A stretch of 63,051 bases of DNA, counting the filler, from Globobulimina sp. (lineage: Eukaryota), in NCBI GenBank assembly GCA_003354225.1. It is 53 parts of 53 records of this genome, joined end to end, with 100 filler letters (N's around TTAATTAATTAA, not from the genome) between each part and the next. Parts side by side here need not be neighbours in the genome. Positions count along the whole stretch, not along the records: positions 23,841 to 24,932 come from PIVH01023755.1; positions 25,033 to 26,124 come from PIVH01023756.1; positions 26,225 to 27,316 come from PIVH01023757.1; positions 27,417 to 28,508 come from PIVH01023758.1; positions 28,609 to 29,700 come from PIVH01023759.1; positions 29,801 to 30,892 come from PIVH01023760.1; positions 30,993 to 32,084 come from PIVH01023761.1; positions 32,185 to 33,276 come from PIVH01023762.1; 45 more parts are not named here. One strand, written 5' to 3'. Shown here piece by piece: positions 24,564 through 36,949 of this stretch. The notes beneath the pieces are model-generated. The model did no database searches and had not been told where the DNA came from. It saw nothing but the letters and a program-made list of their open reading frames with translations. Each line of letters opens with the position of its first letter. Position 1 is the stretch's first letter. Made by a program: the position numbers and the translations under genes.

Positions 24564-24932
24564 TGTATCTGCACATAAAGGCTCTGGTAATTCTCCAATT
24601 CCATATCCCGCTTTTATAGCGGAACTAATAGCATCATAATCATTGAATGAAAGGTTTGACTCAACGTCAATGTGTTCATTTTCATTATCTCTTGAGAGCT
24701 TCCAAGTGACATTTTTATTAGATTGGCTGCTGAATCCAATGCACCTGAAATTTAACAAATCACTTGGATGCTTTGGTAGGTCATTAATTGAAGCAAAATG
24801 CCGAGAGGCGACTAAGTGATGTTTGTAAGTCATTAAAGTTTTAGTTACTAAATTTGGTTGTTTAGTTTGATAAACTCGAAATGAAAGATCAATTTCGTCC
24901 TCAGTAAAATCCAGAGTGTGCTCTGAAATTAG
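24564..24932 (-). CDS. Bacterial LysR substrate-binding domain fragment, in frame with the RT
   Basis: LDFTEDEIDLSFRV, LVASRHF..PKHPSDLLNFRCI, NDYDAISSAIKAGYGIGELP. Confidence 0.85.
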
Positions 24933-25032
24933 NNNNNNNNNNNNNNNNNNNNNNNNNNNNNNNNNNNNNNNNNNNNTTAATTAATTAANNNNNNNNNNNN
25001 NNNNNNNNNNNNNNNNNNNNNNNNNNNNNNNN

Positions 25033-25700
25033 AATTTTGGATCAAAACCTGTAGCATTATAATTTGTGTATCAATTTATTTGATAAATATATACGTACTT
25101 ACACCGTATACATTGAGTAATAAATATTTGCGAATAATTGCAGATATAACAACTTGTTCAAATATTTTATTTGTAGTAGTTAGTATATCCATCTTCGATG
25201 CTTTACACATGAACAGATTTGCAAAGATGATAATATGTACATTTGCTGCTATTATTTTTACTGTCTTAGACATACAATTAAAATTGCAGACATTTTATAA
25301 TGCGGATGAAACTGTTATCAATTTGCCACAAAAACAGATTTTATCGTTGAGATCAATCCAAATGAATATGATAGAAATATTAATAATCTTTTCATGGAAA
25401 CAAGCGTTTTTAAGCATGATGAAAAAAGATCGGTGTGTTTTAATTAAATACTATCCATATATTGAATGGATATATGATGATAAGCTTAAGGATAATAATG
25501 CATCGATTAATATTGCAAAAGCAACAAATGATAATACTGAGAGGAGTACATTTGATGTGTTGGCTACAACTAAATATATTAAAAAGGATTGCATTGAAAT
25601 TGAAGTAAATGATATGAATATTAATACAACAACAAAAGATATGGATGACTCGGAATCTTCAATGACTTCTCATGACATTGATAGGTATAAAGCAATGTAA
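25033..25700 (+). CDS. Multi-TM hypothetical protein, C-terminal part
   Basis: Open frame with three hydrophobic segments and a polar tail. Confidence 0.6.
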
Positions 25701-25786
25701 TGTGACTAGTATATTTAGGCGTTGAATTTTGCTCATTTGACATTACGAAATTAAAAAAATAACTTATCAACTCCTAAATATATATA

Positions 25787-25929
25787 TACTTTAGAATAGC
25801 GTTTGAAACACATTGTTTTTAAAAGCCGCAAATTCGCAAGTCGTTTTGTTAGGAGATGGTGATGACCTCTCCATATGTTTTAAAATTTTTCGAAAACGCG
25901 GTGTTTCAAACAGGTCCTATTCTAAAGTA
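25787..25929. mobile_element. MITE with TIRs TACTTTAGAATAG..GTTTGAAACAC
   Basis: 13-bp plus 11-bp inverted blocks at both ends (4-nt indel between them); TA at both termini. Confidence 0.75.
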
Positions 25930-26324
25930 CACAATAGACACAACTATTGAGCTAATTCATTGTGGTGAGCGGTCAACTTTTGGTCCGATCACAACAATTT
26001 TAGAAATACAAAACACAAAACACAAAACAAAACAAAAAAAATCTATCACATCCATCCATAATAATTCAATGATAACTCAGTCATTGACATTGCAACATAA
26101 CTAATATATTTCGTTATATAATGANNNNNNNNNNNNNNNNNNNNNNNNNNNNNNNNNNNNNNNNNNNNTTAATTAATTAANNNNNNNNNNNNNNNNNNNN
26201 NNNNNNNNNNNNNNNNNNNNNNNNATAATATTAATTCAGGTACAATTTCAACCTCGTTTTATATTGTGCAAGGATGCGTAATTTCAACTTGCAAAAAAAC
26301 TTTTAAAATTAAACTAGTTTCTCC

Positions 26325-27316
26325 ATGGGCGCTGCTTGTGTAACAACAATACCCAGAGATAATGATGAGATTGGTAGAGCAGATATGGACTCACGTGGCA
26401 AATCTAAAAAAGAGGAGTTATTGCCAGCCTCCTCAATCTCATTATTATTTTCTGTAATGAGTCAAGATATTGGTTACGACTCATCCGCATTGCAATCATA
26501 TTGTGAGAAATTACAGTCATTTTGGATATATCGAGTCATTGATATATTAAACATTGATAACGAAACCTGGAAAAAAATAGAAATACCCTCCGTATTAGAA
26601 CACGTTATTAGTGATTATTTAAATGAATTAAAAAATACAGCAACGTTTACAAATTATTCACAACTGTCGCATACTGACATTTATATTACATTTATTAACA
26701 AAGATATTCGCACATTATTTAAACAATTATTAAGCTCTGTAAATAATCTGCCCTCTGCAACAAAATACATTCAATATTTGCAAGATATATTTGCCGAAAA
26801 ATATGTATTCAATACAGACATATTAAAAAAATATATAACCAAACAAGAATGGAACGAATTAAATGTTCCCATCAATTTAAAAAGAATAATTTGCAGAAAA
26901 ATAAATTTAAACTTTGAGGGCGAAGATTCTGTTGTAAATAGCAATATTATTCATGGCGAAGATGAGCTGAGTGGTGAAGTGGTGACAGCAATGCCAGGCA
27001 TTCAAGTCGTAGATGATGACAGCGTATGTTATGAGGATGAAAAAGAAGAAAAAACGATAACTACAAATAATATGAATGCATTCGATGAAAAGATAAATAA
27101 AAATATAAATGCTCGCTTTACTATGATGGACATTGCCAAATATTATTCAAAATATTTATTAGTGGATGATATTAATAAAATGTACAATCACTTAAAGTAT
27201 TTTGTGCTTTATGGGTATAATACTTTGTATCATTTAAGGTTTGTTGTTTATTTTTAATAGCAACGATTTGCAAATTACAACGTTACAATTTTACAGTTTT
27301 ATTTGTGATGATTTGT
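26325..27316 (+). CDS. N-acylated (MGAAC) protein with two SAM-like repeats, partial
   Basis: Myristoylation/palmitoylation-type start; repeated unit W..(L/I).(I/V)P..L...I; probable intron near 27197-27260. Confidence 0.55.
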
Positions 27317-27501
27317 NNNNNNNNNNNNNNNNNNNNNNNNNNNNNNNNNNNNNNNNNNNNTTAATTAATTAANNNNNNNNNNNNNNNNNNNNNNNNNNNN
27401 NNNNNNNNNNNNNNNNTATCATTGTGCTGCGTGGTTTGCATATTAATGTTTTGGATGTATCATCAAAATAAATGCACCAAAGAGCTAGGTTTCAATGATC
27501 A

Positions 27502-27726
27502 AATACTTTCCCTGTAGATTGGTTCAGAGGGTTCAGTTTTGAGATTTTCAGATTTTTAAAAGTACTCTCAACAGTAACCGTCTCAAATAAAATCCACCCT
27601 TATGCATATATACTCATAGAAACCCATACAAACGCCAAATTATACGCGTTTAAAATAAAAAAAATCCAAAGCATTATAGAAAATCTCAAAACCAATCCTT
27701 CCAAACCAATCTACAGGGAAAGTATT
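27502..27726. mobile_element. MITE with 23-bp perfect (about 48-bp imperfect) TIRs AATACTTTCCCTGTAGATTGGTT
   Basis: 27502-27524 is the exact reverse complement of 27704-27726; TTTTGAGATTTTC is also mirrored. Confidence 0.85.
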
Positions 27727-28012
27727 CGCAAGTCTACAAATATTGTTTTTCTCTGACAGTATATTGTTTCTATTTGTCCATATTGTGTTTGCAAATTAAT
27801 GGTATTTACAGCACAATTGGTACAAAGACGTATTACCCGTTTCACTATTTATTATAATTCTCGCTCCTTTCATCGTGGCCAATCATCAACTATTTGACAT
27901 GGCTGTATAATTTGCAAACATTAATTGAGGTTTTTCAAAAAATTCTTTTGCAAAAAGCACATATGGTGATCGCATAACATAACATAACATAACAGTGTGA
28001 GTATGGATGTTG

Positions 28013-28201
28013 GATGACTAGCTCACTTCAAGAAAATCTTAACATCAGGGTTATCACCTCATAGACGACAGTGCAAGGATAGATGTTTCCAGGATTCTGG
28101 CATATGAAAGAAGAGACAAATCTATGCAATAAAGGAAAAAAATTGTCGTCTATGAGGTGAGAACCCTGATATTAAGATTTTCTTCAAGTGAACTAGTCAT
28201 C
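28013..28201. mobile_element. MITE with 58-bp TIRs and possible 7-bp TSD
   Basis: 28013-28070 vs 28144-28201 inverted with 4 mismatches; flanks GATGTTG and GATGTAG. Confidence 0.85.
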
Positions 28202-28608
28202 GATGTAGATATGGATATAAATCAGATTCAGAACTGAGTGAAAGATCTAGATAATAATTCAAATTATTTTTAGAATAAATCCGCTATAAATTGTTGTTGA
28301 TCGCAGTTTGTACGGAAGGATGGATGTTTGCACTTAAAACATATTTTAACATATTATTCGACATTATCACTTTTTTGACGCCATTGGTGCACTGTAACTG
28401 AGTTCGATTGAATCTATTTTGAAAATAATTTGCTTGGATGATAAGACTGCCATTTTCCGCATAGATTGCCGTCTCATTCCATACACAAATTGACAGCAAC
28501 TGAACGTCNNNNNNNNNNNNNNNNNNNNNNNNNNNNNNNNNNNNNNNNNNNNTTAATTAATTAANNNNNNNNNNNNNNNNNNNNNNNNNNNNNNNNNNNN
28601 NNNNNNNN

Positions 28609-29700
28609 TTTCATGTTTATCAATTCCAACAATAAAACAGTTTAATAATTTTCCACGTTATTTGAATAATTACGGAACTCCGTTCAGAAATGTTCAAATG
28701 CATAAGCTCTCCCGATTTAAAATGGTAAATGAAGCTTCATTTGATGCGAATACTATTCGTGAAAAAACTTTCGGAGTCAATGGTATTGAGTGGGTATGGA
28801 ATAAATTGAATTGTTTATCACTTCGAAATGTTCCACGATGTTTTACTATCAAGGCAAAAATATTAGCTATTCGACGCGGCCAAGTACTGCCACATCAATA
28901 TTTAATAAATATTATTAAACAAATGGAAATAAAGCAACTCTCATTAATTAATGTACATTTTAATCGCATAAACCAAAAACAAGTTGATATATTTTTAAAT
29001 GTACTTTCAGCAAACAAAAATTTAGAATATTTATCAATTGATAACATTGAGCTACGTCCAATGACACATGCAGCTCAATATGTGTCTCGAGAATCACTTA
29101 ATTTAGGAAGAATAAAAGCATTATCGCTTAGAAAATGCGTTGACATTGGGGATAAATTGTTATGTTCAGTAAGTAAACAATTACAATCATTACATATTGA
29201 ACATTATACGTCTCAGCCATTCGACCAGATGTATAGATTCACGCATTCTGCACGAGATGAGATAAGTTATGAAGATTTACAGGAATTATGTGTTTCAAGG
29301 TTGTTACATCATTTATCTGATTCTCCCATAATAAACATACTTGGTACTGCAACTAATTTACGTCGCATTCATTGGAATATATACGATGATATTTCAGATG
29401 ACGAAAAATATATTTTTGACTGGATCATACAAGACTTAGTTGAGGTGGAGTACCTATGCGTTGTTCATTTAAGGGACTGGGAATGTATCATGAAACCACT
29501 TAAAAGTGCTTCGAAAAGGGAAAATATGAAAATAAAATTTAAATATGGCAGGATAACTCCTGCACTTTTGAAACATATTGAAGATAATTTAGAAGAGTTT
29601 GTTTCCATTTTAAGTGATTCCATTACAAATGATTTTTTGTTGGAATGCTCATTTGATTGGGATAAATCTGTTGAACATGATATGTTGGGTTATTCTTGGA
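28609..29700 (+). CDS. LRR-like (F-box-associated type) protein, internal fragment
   Basis: Repeated LxxLxL units (IKQLSL, LEYLSI, IKALSL, LQSLHI, LQELCV). Confidence 0.55.
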
Positions 29701-29907
29701 NNNNNNNNNNNNNNNNNNNNNNNNNNNNNNNNNNNNNNNNNNNNTTAATTAATTAANNNNNNNNNNNNNNNNNNNNNNNNNNNNNNNNNNNNNNNNNNNN
29801 CACTAAAAATGAGTGCACCATTCTCCTCCATTTTTACGGACGATAAACCTCGTCCTTAAGGATAACAAAAAAATCGAATACCAATATATACAGATATTAA
29901 GTGCAGA

Positions 29908-30772
29908 TCATTTTAACATGAAAGATAACATACTTTCTTTAGTCACCTTCACCTCTCCTTCAAAATTTCCGCCTTGACTTGGGTCAGACAAAATATAACG
30001 ACCAGACAAAATATTATAAATATAACAACCAGATGGATCGCCAAATATTCTATATCCGACCTTTTCCTCTCGTACACTATAACCACAACGTGCACTACTG
30101 ACACCATTTGCATACATTCTATTTTTTAAATGAAATAATTCAGCGTAATACCCTTCCATTTCATCACAACCACATAATTTACGAAATTCATATATTAATC
30201 CACGTTGTTTCAATGTCAATACTTCATCGGTTTGCATAAACCGATAAACAAGACAATGGCCTTCCGGTGCAGCTAAAAAATTTAATAATTGTTTATCGCA
30301 ATTATCACTCGCTTCCCATTCTGGTAAAACAACATATTTTATGTCAGTGACTCAGTGGTCAAATTATTTACATACAATAAACAACACTGTAAACCAAGCA
30401 ACATTCTTCTCATTAATGCTACCATACAATAATAATATATATATTTTACAACTTTAACAGCCTCATCAATTTTGTCAGAAACGGCAAATGTCTTAATCTC
30501 ATCACCTAATTTCGTTAAACTGTCATCACCAATGCGTCCACAACCTTCGTCTTGGATTATATGATACGCATTTTCGGGAATAACACCGTTATTGTCACCA
30601 AGTAGCAATGAAAAAGAACGTATTTTAGTTTTAAAATCTTTAAAATCATTTTGAATTTGTAGCTCAATTTCATGTTCTTTCTCTTCTTCCATTGCTTTAG
30701 CAATAACCGCTGCAACTACGGCTGGTAAATCATTTTGAATAACGCCTCTCATAACCTCTGCAATATCTCCCT
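29908..30772 (-). CDS. Hypothetical eukaryotic protein, spliced, partial
   Basis: Two same-strand ORFs separated by AT-rich intron-like sequence; exact splicing unresolved. Confidence 0.4.
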
Positions 30773-30774
30773 AT

Positions 30775-30892
30775 ACCGCGTTTGATCGATATCCGGTGGG
30801 GCCGAATTCGATACGTTCGGAATGAAGCGTCGCGTGATCCACTCCGGGGTGCCGCCAAGATCCTCCTCCGTGCCGAGCTCGGCGAGGTGCCC
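30775..30892. other. GC-rich foreign (bacterial-like) tail, chimeric
   Basis: Abrupt switch from AT-rich to GC-rich at the contig end. Confidence 0.6.
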
Positions 30893-32909
30893 NNNNNNNN
30901 NNNNNNNNNNNNNNNNNNNNNNNNNNNNNNNNNNNNTTAATTAATTAANNNNNNNNNNNNNNNNNNNNNNNNNNNNNNNNNNNNNNNNNNNNATATGCGA
31001 AGATTTTGCGACTGTTTCGAATCCCCTTTGAGTTATTGCTGTATGGTTGACATTTGTGTGTCAGGAGGTTTTCTAGTGGACTGTCTTTAATACACATAAT
31101 TAAACAATTTTCAACAATATTTTAATGAAACAAGGACAAGAGCGCATACAATGCAATGTAAAACAGCATAAGAACCAATCACACTCATAAACAACATTCA
31201 AATATCCAACAAAAAAGCAATTTGTCACCAAATTTTTATGAGTTTTTTCTTTTTGCTGACCGATGAAATTCCAATGTCATTGCGCCCTTAATTTTCAGGC
31301 AATTCATATGACCCATTCCATTTTATATTTGTATCCTTTTATTCACCCTCGCATTTCCGATGTTATTTGATCAGAAAATTCCGTCAGTTGCGCACTCATT
31401 TGTAATCTGCATTTTTTTAACAATAGCGAGACATATCCATCATTTTCGCCATTTGATCGGTTGGGAATCATTTTTTGACTCCAGAACCATGGTGGACCAA
31501 ATGATGTGTTGAGTCAGTGCAGACTATGTATTTTTATTGGTCCATAATATTTATATAATCATTGCACTGACCCAACAAAACTGTGAGTGTCGTGAACAAC
31601 CAGATCCAACCCGATCCAAATTATCGAAACTTTGTGGAAATGATTAAATAATCAAATTCAGTCAATTCCATCCATAAAAATGCATGCATTTGTATCGTAA
31701 TTCATTCGCTGATTATAGTATTTTATACCATATTGCTCCTTTTGCATGTATGATTAAAATGTGAATCAAAATGAACATGACCACTGAATCAGGCATATTT
31801 AAGTTACCTATTTCCCCTATTCAGATGCCATGCACATCGACTTTCTTTTTGAAAAGTTACCATTAACCTGTATCCAGTTTTTACAGTTCAGTTTTCACTA
31901 GAATTAGAGGATTTAGTAACACAAGAAAAAGTGTGAAGCAAAACTAGGTTTACAATGACCTAGGATTCAAGCAAAAAAGCAAAACTATCGACGTACTTTT
32001 TGGATTTGCATACAAACCTATCCGTTTTTAATACTTTTTACTATTGACCAATCAATTCGATTCATGCTATTTTTAGTATTTACCNNNNNNNNNNNNNNNN
32101 NNNNNNNNNNNNNNNNNNNNNNNNNNNNTTAATTAATTAANNNNNNNNNNNNNNNNNNNNNNNNNNNNNNNNNNNNNNNNNNNNATGACAATCGAATACG
32201 AAAAAGACGCTCTAGGCGGAAACTCGGGTAATTATGCTTTAGTTACAACACATAATCATCTAACCATTTTAAAAACGTGACAATAAACAAAAGCGATCTG
32301 TCTGATGGACCGATTTTTTAGGAATAAAAATGTCGGCGACGTACATTTTTTTGATTGAAAAACATTAATATGATGCGGCGCCCCCGTTAACAATTGGAGC
32401 GTCGTTTCCATATTATAGGAAAAACGATCCTTGGCGTGCCTGAACATGCCCGAACATGCCTGAATCAGGATAAGTGTCTGAAAGGAGCGTCCAGACAGAG
32501 CCAGACGTGTTCAGACAAATACGTACCGCCCAGGATTTATTACGAAATAAACTTTGCATGTAGTTTCTGGACCCCACTATATTTTTCTGAAAATATTCTC
32601 CATATGAAAAAACGAGCCCAATAAGGTAATTTGTTTAGAAACGTATACCTAAATGCTATTCTGCGCAGTTACTAAAAATAGCATACATTAAAAGAAGAAG
32701 ACTCAGCGTCTTCACAGAAGGTATATAAAGGCTCTGTTTCGGCCATTTTGACTTATTATTAGTATGTTTAGTTATATTCGTTTTAAATTACCAATCACAT
32801 CGAAAATTTCCCTACTATATTTTATGATTTGGTAGGTTAATTAACTGTATAAATTAACTTTCAGAAATAATTAAACCTTTTTTCAGTAAAAGTTTTTCCT
32901 TTAATCAAA

Positions 32910-33276
32910 ATGTTAAAAAATCGCTCTGGATTTTGTAACAAATGTGGAAAACTGGTTCAACATTTACCCAACCACCGTCGGGATTTACACAAAGAAAATT
33001 TAATGCTTTGCAGTTACTGCAACAAGAGTGTATCTGAACCTAATTTGGCCCGCCATACAGAAACCCACCATCCAGGTTTTAAACCGAAACCACATAAACA
33101 ACAGCGAATTTGTCCACACTGCAACCGAGACTTTGAATATTCATCAAACGAGTTCTGTATGAATCATGTACTAAACTGTGTACAGAATCCAACCTCGCAG
33201 TTTAACCGAAATGCCTTCTCTTGCGCATTCTGTGACAAAAAATTCGCAACCAGGCATAATTTACTTCTTCACACAA
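32910..33276 (+). CDS. C2H2 zinc-finger protein, N-terminal part
   Basis: CNKC..HRRDLH, CSYC..HTETHH, CPHC..HVLNC, CAFCDKKF..LLLH; TATATAAA at about 32723. Confidence 0.85.
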
Positions 33277-33376
33277 NNNNNNNNNNNNNNNNNNNNNNNN
33301 NNNNNNNNNNNNNNNNNNNNTTAATTAATTAANNNNNNNNNNNNNNNNNNNNNNNNNNNNNNNNNNNNNNNNNNNN

Positions 33377-34410
33377 CTTCGATGTCCATCTCATACTCCT
33401 CCAATAATAAAAAAAAAAAAAAGAAAAAGACAGCGTCCTTATTTAAGAAATTAACAAATTTAGTAACAAACAATAAAAAACAAGAGGAAGATGAAGAGGA
33501 AGAAGAGGAAGACGAAGAAGAAGAGGAAGAAGAAGAAATATTTACGCCGTTAATGGGCAATACGCCCCGTATGAACAGATCGAGTACGCCAATGTTTGGA
33601 GGGCATGAACATGAAAATGAGTATTCCCCGCAATATATCAATGAAATAATAGGAAAGGATACATTTATTACAGATTATATTTATGAATTATTTGAGGAAG
33701 AAAAGAAACAACAAAGAGAAGAGCAACAACAACAACAACAACAACGGCAACAGCAACATACGCAAATAAATGAAAAACAAAGACAAAATGTGATTGATTG
33801 GATATGTGGCATTGGATTAACGTTTGAATTGCAACGATCGACCATATATTTGAGCATTTACTATTTTGACAAACTATTATTAGCCAAAGAAATAAATTGG
33901 AGTCACATACAAATGGTGACGGCGTGCTGCTTATTGATTGCTATAAAATGGAACGAAAAAGAAGAGAAAGTGCCCTCATTGTACAAATTGAGCCGAATTT
34001 GTAATAAGAAATATGCGCCGTCGAGTTTCAAACCAATGGAAATTACCATATTAACTGCATTAAATTTCAAATTGAAGATAATCACTCCATTAGATTTCGT
34101 ATTGTATTATATTTCTATGGGATGCATTTTTAACACTGATTATTTAGACGGACATTGTAATTTACATTTGCATAATCAAAGTAATATTTATCTCAAAAAA
34201 TTTGCTATTTTTTTTTTAGACATTTCATGTCAAAAATATTCATTTTATCATTATTTGCCATCAATACTCGCCTTTACTGTTATTATCGCATCGCGGAGAG
34301 CATTAAAAATTGAGCCTTATTTTAGTGAAAAATTAATTAAATTATGTCATTATCAGCCATCACAATCTGATATTTTAATAAATTGTTTTAATGAATTATG
34401 GCTTGAATAA
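33377..34410 (+). CDS. Cyclin (cyclin N and C boxes; cyclin J-like features) with polyK/polyE/polyQ tracts
   Basis: RQNVIDWICGI..TIYLSIYYFD, CLLIAIKWNEKEEKVP, MEITILTALNFKL, YLPSILA. Confidence 0.9.
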
Positions 34411-34567
34411 AACACAAAATTTCCATCAGATGCTGGTAGAGCACAGAAATTGCAATCAAAAGCTTTANNNNNNNNNNNNNNNNNNNNNNNNNNNNNNNNN
34501 NNNNNNNNNNNTTAATTAATTAANNNNNNNNNNNNNNNNNNNNNNNNNNNNNNNNNNNNNNNNNNNN

Positions 34568-35658
34568 TACAGTGCGTCGTATGGTTAATAAATCGGAATA
34601 ATCAATGGGCTCAATGCGGGGATTCGGCAATGGAACGCGTCGAAAACGCCGTTTATTTTCCACAAATTCTGTGTATAATCTCGCCAGTGCCTCGGCAGAG
34701 CGTTGACTGCGCGAATCTCGGTCATAATAAATTATCCATTTTTTGCCGGTCTCTCTGCCATAAAAAATTAGATCGTTCACACGCGACCAGTCTTTGCCGC
34801 TAAACTCTGTGGCTTTCCTTCTATTCCCTGCACACAGAAGATACGCAAAATGAAATTATAGCAGATTCAAACGATATTATTTCTAGATTCGCATACCTGA
34901 ATATATAATTTGTGGGTCATTCAGTACATAGCCAGTGACCGTCACCGGTTTGACGCCAGTTTCAAACACTTTGTTCCGGCCGCCTTCGTTCAACCGTTTG
35001 TTCACTTGAATGGAGTCCATAATCACTTCGTGTACCGTCGGATGCGATTTCCGTCGACTTTGCCCTCGCACGGCATCTTTGATATGCTCGTTATTCACGA
35101 TAATATGCACAAACTGCGGCGGGAAATATATCGTATTCTCGATTTCTTTCTTCTTACTGCCCGGTTTATATCGATGTACCACAATCATTGCAGCTTCGCT
35201 ATTTTCCCGCATTTTCAGTCCCTTTTCTTTGGAATAATAATCATAGAAAGTAATCTGACGGCCATCGCGCAAAAAAGTACTCTGCAAATTTTGTTTCCAG
35301 TCCAAACCATCAATTTTATTCATCTGATCCTGGACCATTGTGTTTTTATTCTCAGATTGCCCGTAATTGGTCACTCCATTCTTACCCACACAAAACGCCT
35401 CCGCTTCATCACCGAAATTCGCAATCATAGCATGCACAGAATCGGCAGTAATTAACGTATAATGCGGGTGCGTTTTGATTAATATCTGACGATCTGCATA
35501 ATGGATGGTGCTTTTCTCGCCTTTTATATACGTCAAATGCGGATATTTGAGTGTCCCGTCTTGCCGACAGGCACTCAGCGATGCCTTATCTTTGAGATTG
35601 TAATAAATATCATCTCGCCGATACAGTTTATTCCATTGAGATCGATAAAACCGCTCTC
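34568..35658 (-). CDS. PIWI-type Argonaute, L1-PAZ-L2 into MID, internal fragment; intron 34828-34896
   Basis: YYN..KGEKSTIHYADRQILI..HYTLITADSV (L1); IDGLDWKQNLQSTF..ITFYDYY..IYFPPQF (PAZ); VTGYVLNDPQI, KDWSR, KWIIYY; the 69-nt phase-1 intron restores frame. Confidence 0.8.
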
Positions 35659-35777
35659 NNNNNNNNNNNNNNNNNNNNNNNNNNNNNNNNNNNNNNNNNN
35701 NNTTAATTAATTAANNNNNNNNNNNNNNNNNNNNNNNNNNNNNNNNNNNNNNNNNNNNATCATTGTTGTCATTTGAT

Positions 35778-36131
35778 TCATTCTTTTTTTATATATATTA
35801 TAGGCGGACTCAATCCGCATTTAAAGAACATAGCAAACTCAACTGTACATATTAGAGACTGGAGCTGAGAGATCCAATCCTGTGCTTCGCCAAATGTTTT
35901 ACAAATAAACTTTTTATTAATCGGCAATAATGCAAATTGTTTTTCATTGGCTTGACAGGCCATAATTTTTGCAATTTGTCGTAGATTTATCTGTTCCGTA
36001 TTGTTTTGGTTGTGTTGAATACAAAATGTTGTGTTTGTTAATCTCACAAAACAACGTCTCTTGCTATGTCCGAGATTTTGAATTAAATGGCCTTCTTTGA
36101 TGCTACTTGGCGCATTATTCTGATTTCCCAT
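35778..36131 (-). CDS. PH-domain protein with MG myristoylation-type start, N-terminal part
   Basis: IKEGHL..KRRCFVRL..INLRQI..FICKTFGEAQDWISQL. Confidence 0.75.
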   Translation of the reverse strand: MGNQNNAPSSIKEGHLIQNLGHSKRRCFVRLTNTTFCIQHNQNNTEQINLRQIAKIMACQANEKQFALLPINKKFICKTFGEAQDWISQLQSLICTVEFAMFFKCGLSPPIIYIKKE

Positions 36132-36207
36132 TCTGTTGAGACTTGAGACAGTAAGCAAACTTAGCAAAGCGTTTTCAGAATTAAATTCAGCTTCGATTCA
36201 GATTTAA

Positions 36208-36849
36208 ATGCATTCACAATTTAAAATACTTGCTACCCCTGCCATCATTTTTATATTTTTAGCATGTGCTGTACTTTTATTTCTGTTTATCATCCATTTA
36301 ATATACAAAACATTTGCAAAATGGAAAAGTAAATTTAAATCCAAAGAAACAAAGAAAGCAATTTTACTTTTGGTTGCCACACTTATTTCAATATCTTCCT
36401 TCGAATTATCAGTAATATTGACAATTATTTTAGTTTTTCAAGTTTATTTATTAGACGATACAATTCGACCAAAAGCATTGATGTCTCACACATTCTTCGA
36501 TTCGACGCATCGCGTTTTTGAATATTTACTCGTGATCGATGCTAGATTATTTGGGACATTTGTCAATGTTATTCGTTTTTATTGCGAAATTTCAATATAC
36601 ATTTTCACATCGAATATTTAACCAATCACAAGCATTAATTTATTGCCTCTATGTGATGTTAGCTGCCTTATCCGTAATGTCCGTAGTCATCATATTATAT
36701 ATATTACAACAAAAACAACAGATATTAATTTGGGAGAGTATATGGGAAATTTGTGTAGAATGTACGGTATTGTTCATATTAATTTTGTTTCTATATAATT
36801 TGTATCATTTGTTGAAATTATCCGTTGTGACTCTGAAATTACAAAAATC
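36208..36849 (+). CDS. 7TM-like membrane protein, partial, with a +1 frame break near 36537
   Basis: Two overlapping hydrophobic ORFs that together give consecutive TM helices. Confidence 0.55.
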
Positions 36850-36949
36850 NNNNNNNNNNNNNNNNNNNNNNNNNNNNNNNNNNNNNNNNNNNNTTAATTA
36901 ATTAANNNNNNNNNNNNNNNNNNNNNNNNNNNNNNNNNNNNNNNNNNNN

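Noticed and set aside
30775..30892. Recent horizontal gene transfer at GC-rich contig tails (also 46233-46377)
   Set aside because: Short, at contig ends and truncating host genes mid-frame; this pattern fits amplification chimeras
34568..35658. Prokaryotic Argonaute defence system
   Set aside because: Spliceosomal intron and eukaryotic PIWI-type motifs
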